From Azolla caroliniana (Eukaryota > Plantae > Polypodiophyta), in the NCBI GenBank assembly GCA_043228905.1, contig JBHGNT010000010.1:12896001-12960000 (forward strand): 64,000 bases of DNA. The letters are read 5' to 3'. The position numbers and the translations under genes were made by a program. Of the stretch, positions 62,501 to 64,000 are shown in pieces (the first letter of the stretch is position 1; every line of letters starts with the position of its first letter). The notes under the pieces are model-generated. The model searched no databases, was not told where the DNA came from, and was given only the letters and a program-made list of their open reading frames with translations.

Positions 62501-64000
62501 CAATAGCTACTTTAGGTCATGAGTTAATGAGTTAGCAATCAATTAACACATAACATGAGTCGGAAATTTGATATTTGATATTGTCTTTTACATTACTCGG
62601 AGTTGAACTCGGGTCTCTCGAGTGAGAGCAAAGTATCGTAACTAACTAGACTACAATGGATCACATATTGTGCACCTTTTAATATTGCAATTAATTGATT
62701 AGTAATAAATAATATTTATATATGCCCAAGAATCAACGAAAAAACTCAGGAATATTCTAACACACTCTCGTTTTTAGGATTTATCGAGGTCACGTTAACT
62801 CATGATCTATGATGTATCTAGTGTTTCCAATGCCTGTACTTGTACCCTGGCGTCTCATGTAAAAAGCAAGGATCTGAACCAACTTGATTATTAGGGAATT
62901 CATTTAGTAATTGAATTAGTTAATGTAATATTCTAGTTCTTTGCTATAAATAAAGAAACATGGTGCAATGTTTATCGATTGTTGACCATTATTCTGCAAT
63001 TTATGCGTATTGTTTGAAATTGTATCAAGTTATCCAAAATATAATTGATGGTATACTAATTTGTCGTAACAATGTTTAGGAATAACCACGACTAAATATA
63101 CTACAGCCTCTTGTCCCGAACAACATAAGGTTTTGTCAAATTTCATTTGAAACCTCTACCATTAATCGAATAATGGGATTAAGTTTCGACATTGATGTGA
63201 GGAGAAAAAAATCAAAGAAAAGTTTGTCATCAATCCTACAAACATCATATTGATTATTTTGTTAATTGTACATTATTGTAATAGCTACTTTAGGTGAGTT
63301 TTTGAGTTAACAATCAATTAACACATAACATGAGTCGGAAATTTGATATTTGATATTGTCTTTTACATTACCGGGAGTTGAACTCGGGTCTCTCGGGTGA
63401 GAGCCGAGTATCGTAACTAACTAGACTACAATGGACCACATATTGTGTATGCACCTTTTAATATTGCAATTAATTGATTAGAAATATATAATATTTGTAT
63501 ATTGCCCAAGAATCAACGAAAAAACTCAGGAATATTCTAACACACTCTCGTTTTTAGGATTTATCGAGGCCACGTTAACTCATGATCTATGATGTATCTA
63601 GTGTTTCCAATGCCTGTACTTGTACCTGGGCGTCTCATGTAAAAAGCAAGGATCTGAACCAACTTGATTATTAGGGAATTCATTTAGTAAATGAATTAGT
63701 TAATGTAATATTCTAGTTCTTTGCTACAAATAAAGAAACATGGTGCAATGTTTATCGACTGTTGAACATTATTCTGCAATTTATGCATATTGGTTGAAAT
63801 TGTATCAAGTTATCCAAAATATAATTGATGGTATACTAATTTGTCATAACAATGTTTAGGAATAACCACGACTAAATATACTACTTCCTCTTGTCCCGAA
63901 CAACATAAGGTTTTGTCAAATTTCATTTGAAACCTCTACCATTAATCGAATAATGGGATTAAGTTTCGACATTGATGTGAGGAGAAAAAAATCAAAGAAA

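Larger units (their letters stand above)
58313..64000 (-). repeat. Same satellite in inverted orientation, homogeneous ~768-783 bp units
   Basis: Reverse-complement units. tRNA 5' ends lie at 59552, 60327, 61109, 61877, 62660 and 63435, and these units share a ~20-bp deletion relative to the left-arm consensus. Confidence 0.97.

Overview
Eukaryotic, land-plant-type nuclear heterochromatin; a non-seed plant such as a fern is inferred from a Tcn1-like chromovirus. The backbone is a ~0.78-0.80 kb tandem satellite. Each unit carries a tRNA-Glu(CTC) gene/pseudogene plus a second, diverged tRNA-Glu-derived copy 255 bp upstream; about 27 main copies are visible. The array is + strand up to ~58.3 kb, then flips at a fold-back junction into a younger, homogeneous - strand block with higher-order periodicity. 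Inserted into the array are: several nested Ty1/copia and Ty3/gypsy LTR elements and solo LTRs with recognisable TSDs; a 4.16-kb TIR DNA element carrying a spliced RING-H2 gene; and a ~10-kb foreign block containing the last exon of a DDX3/RH52-type DEAD-box helicase. No intact host protein gene is present. All coordinates were counted by eye and may be off by a few bases.
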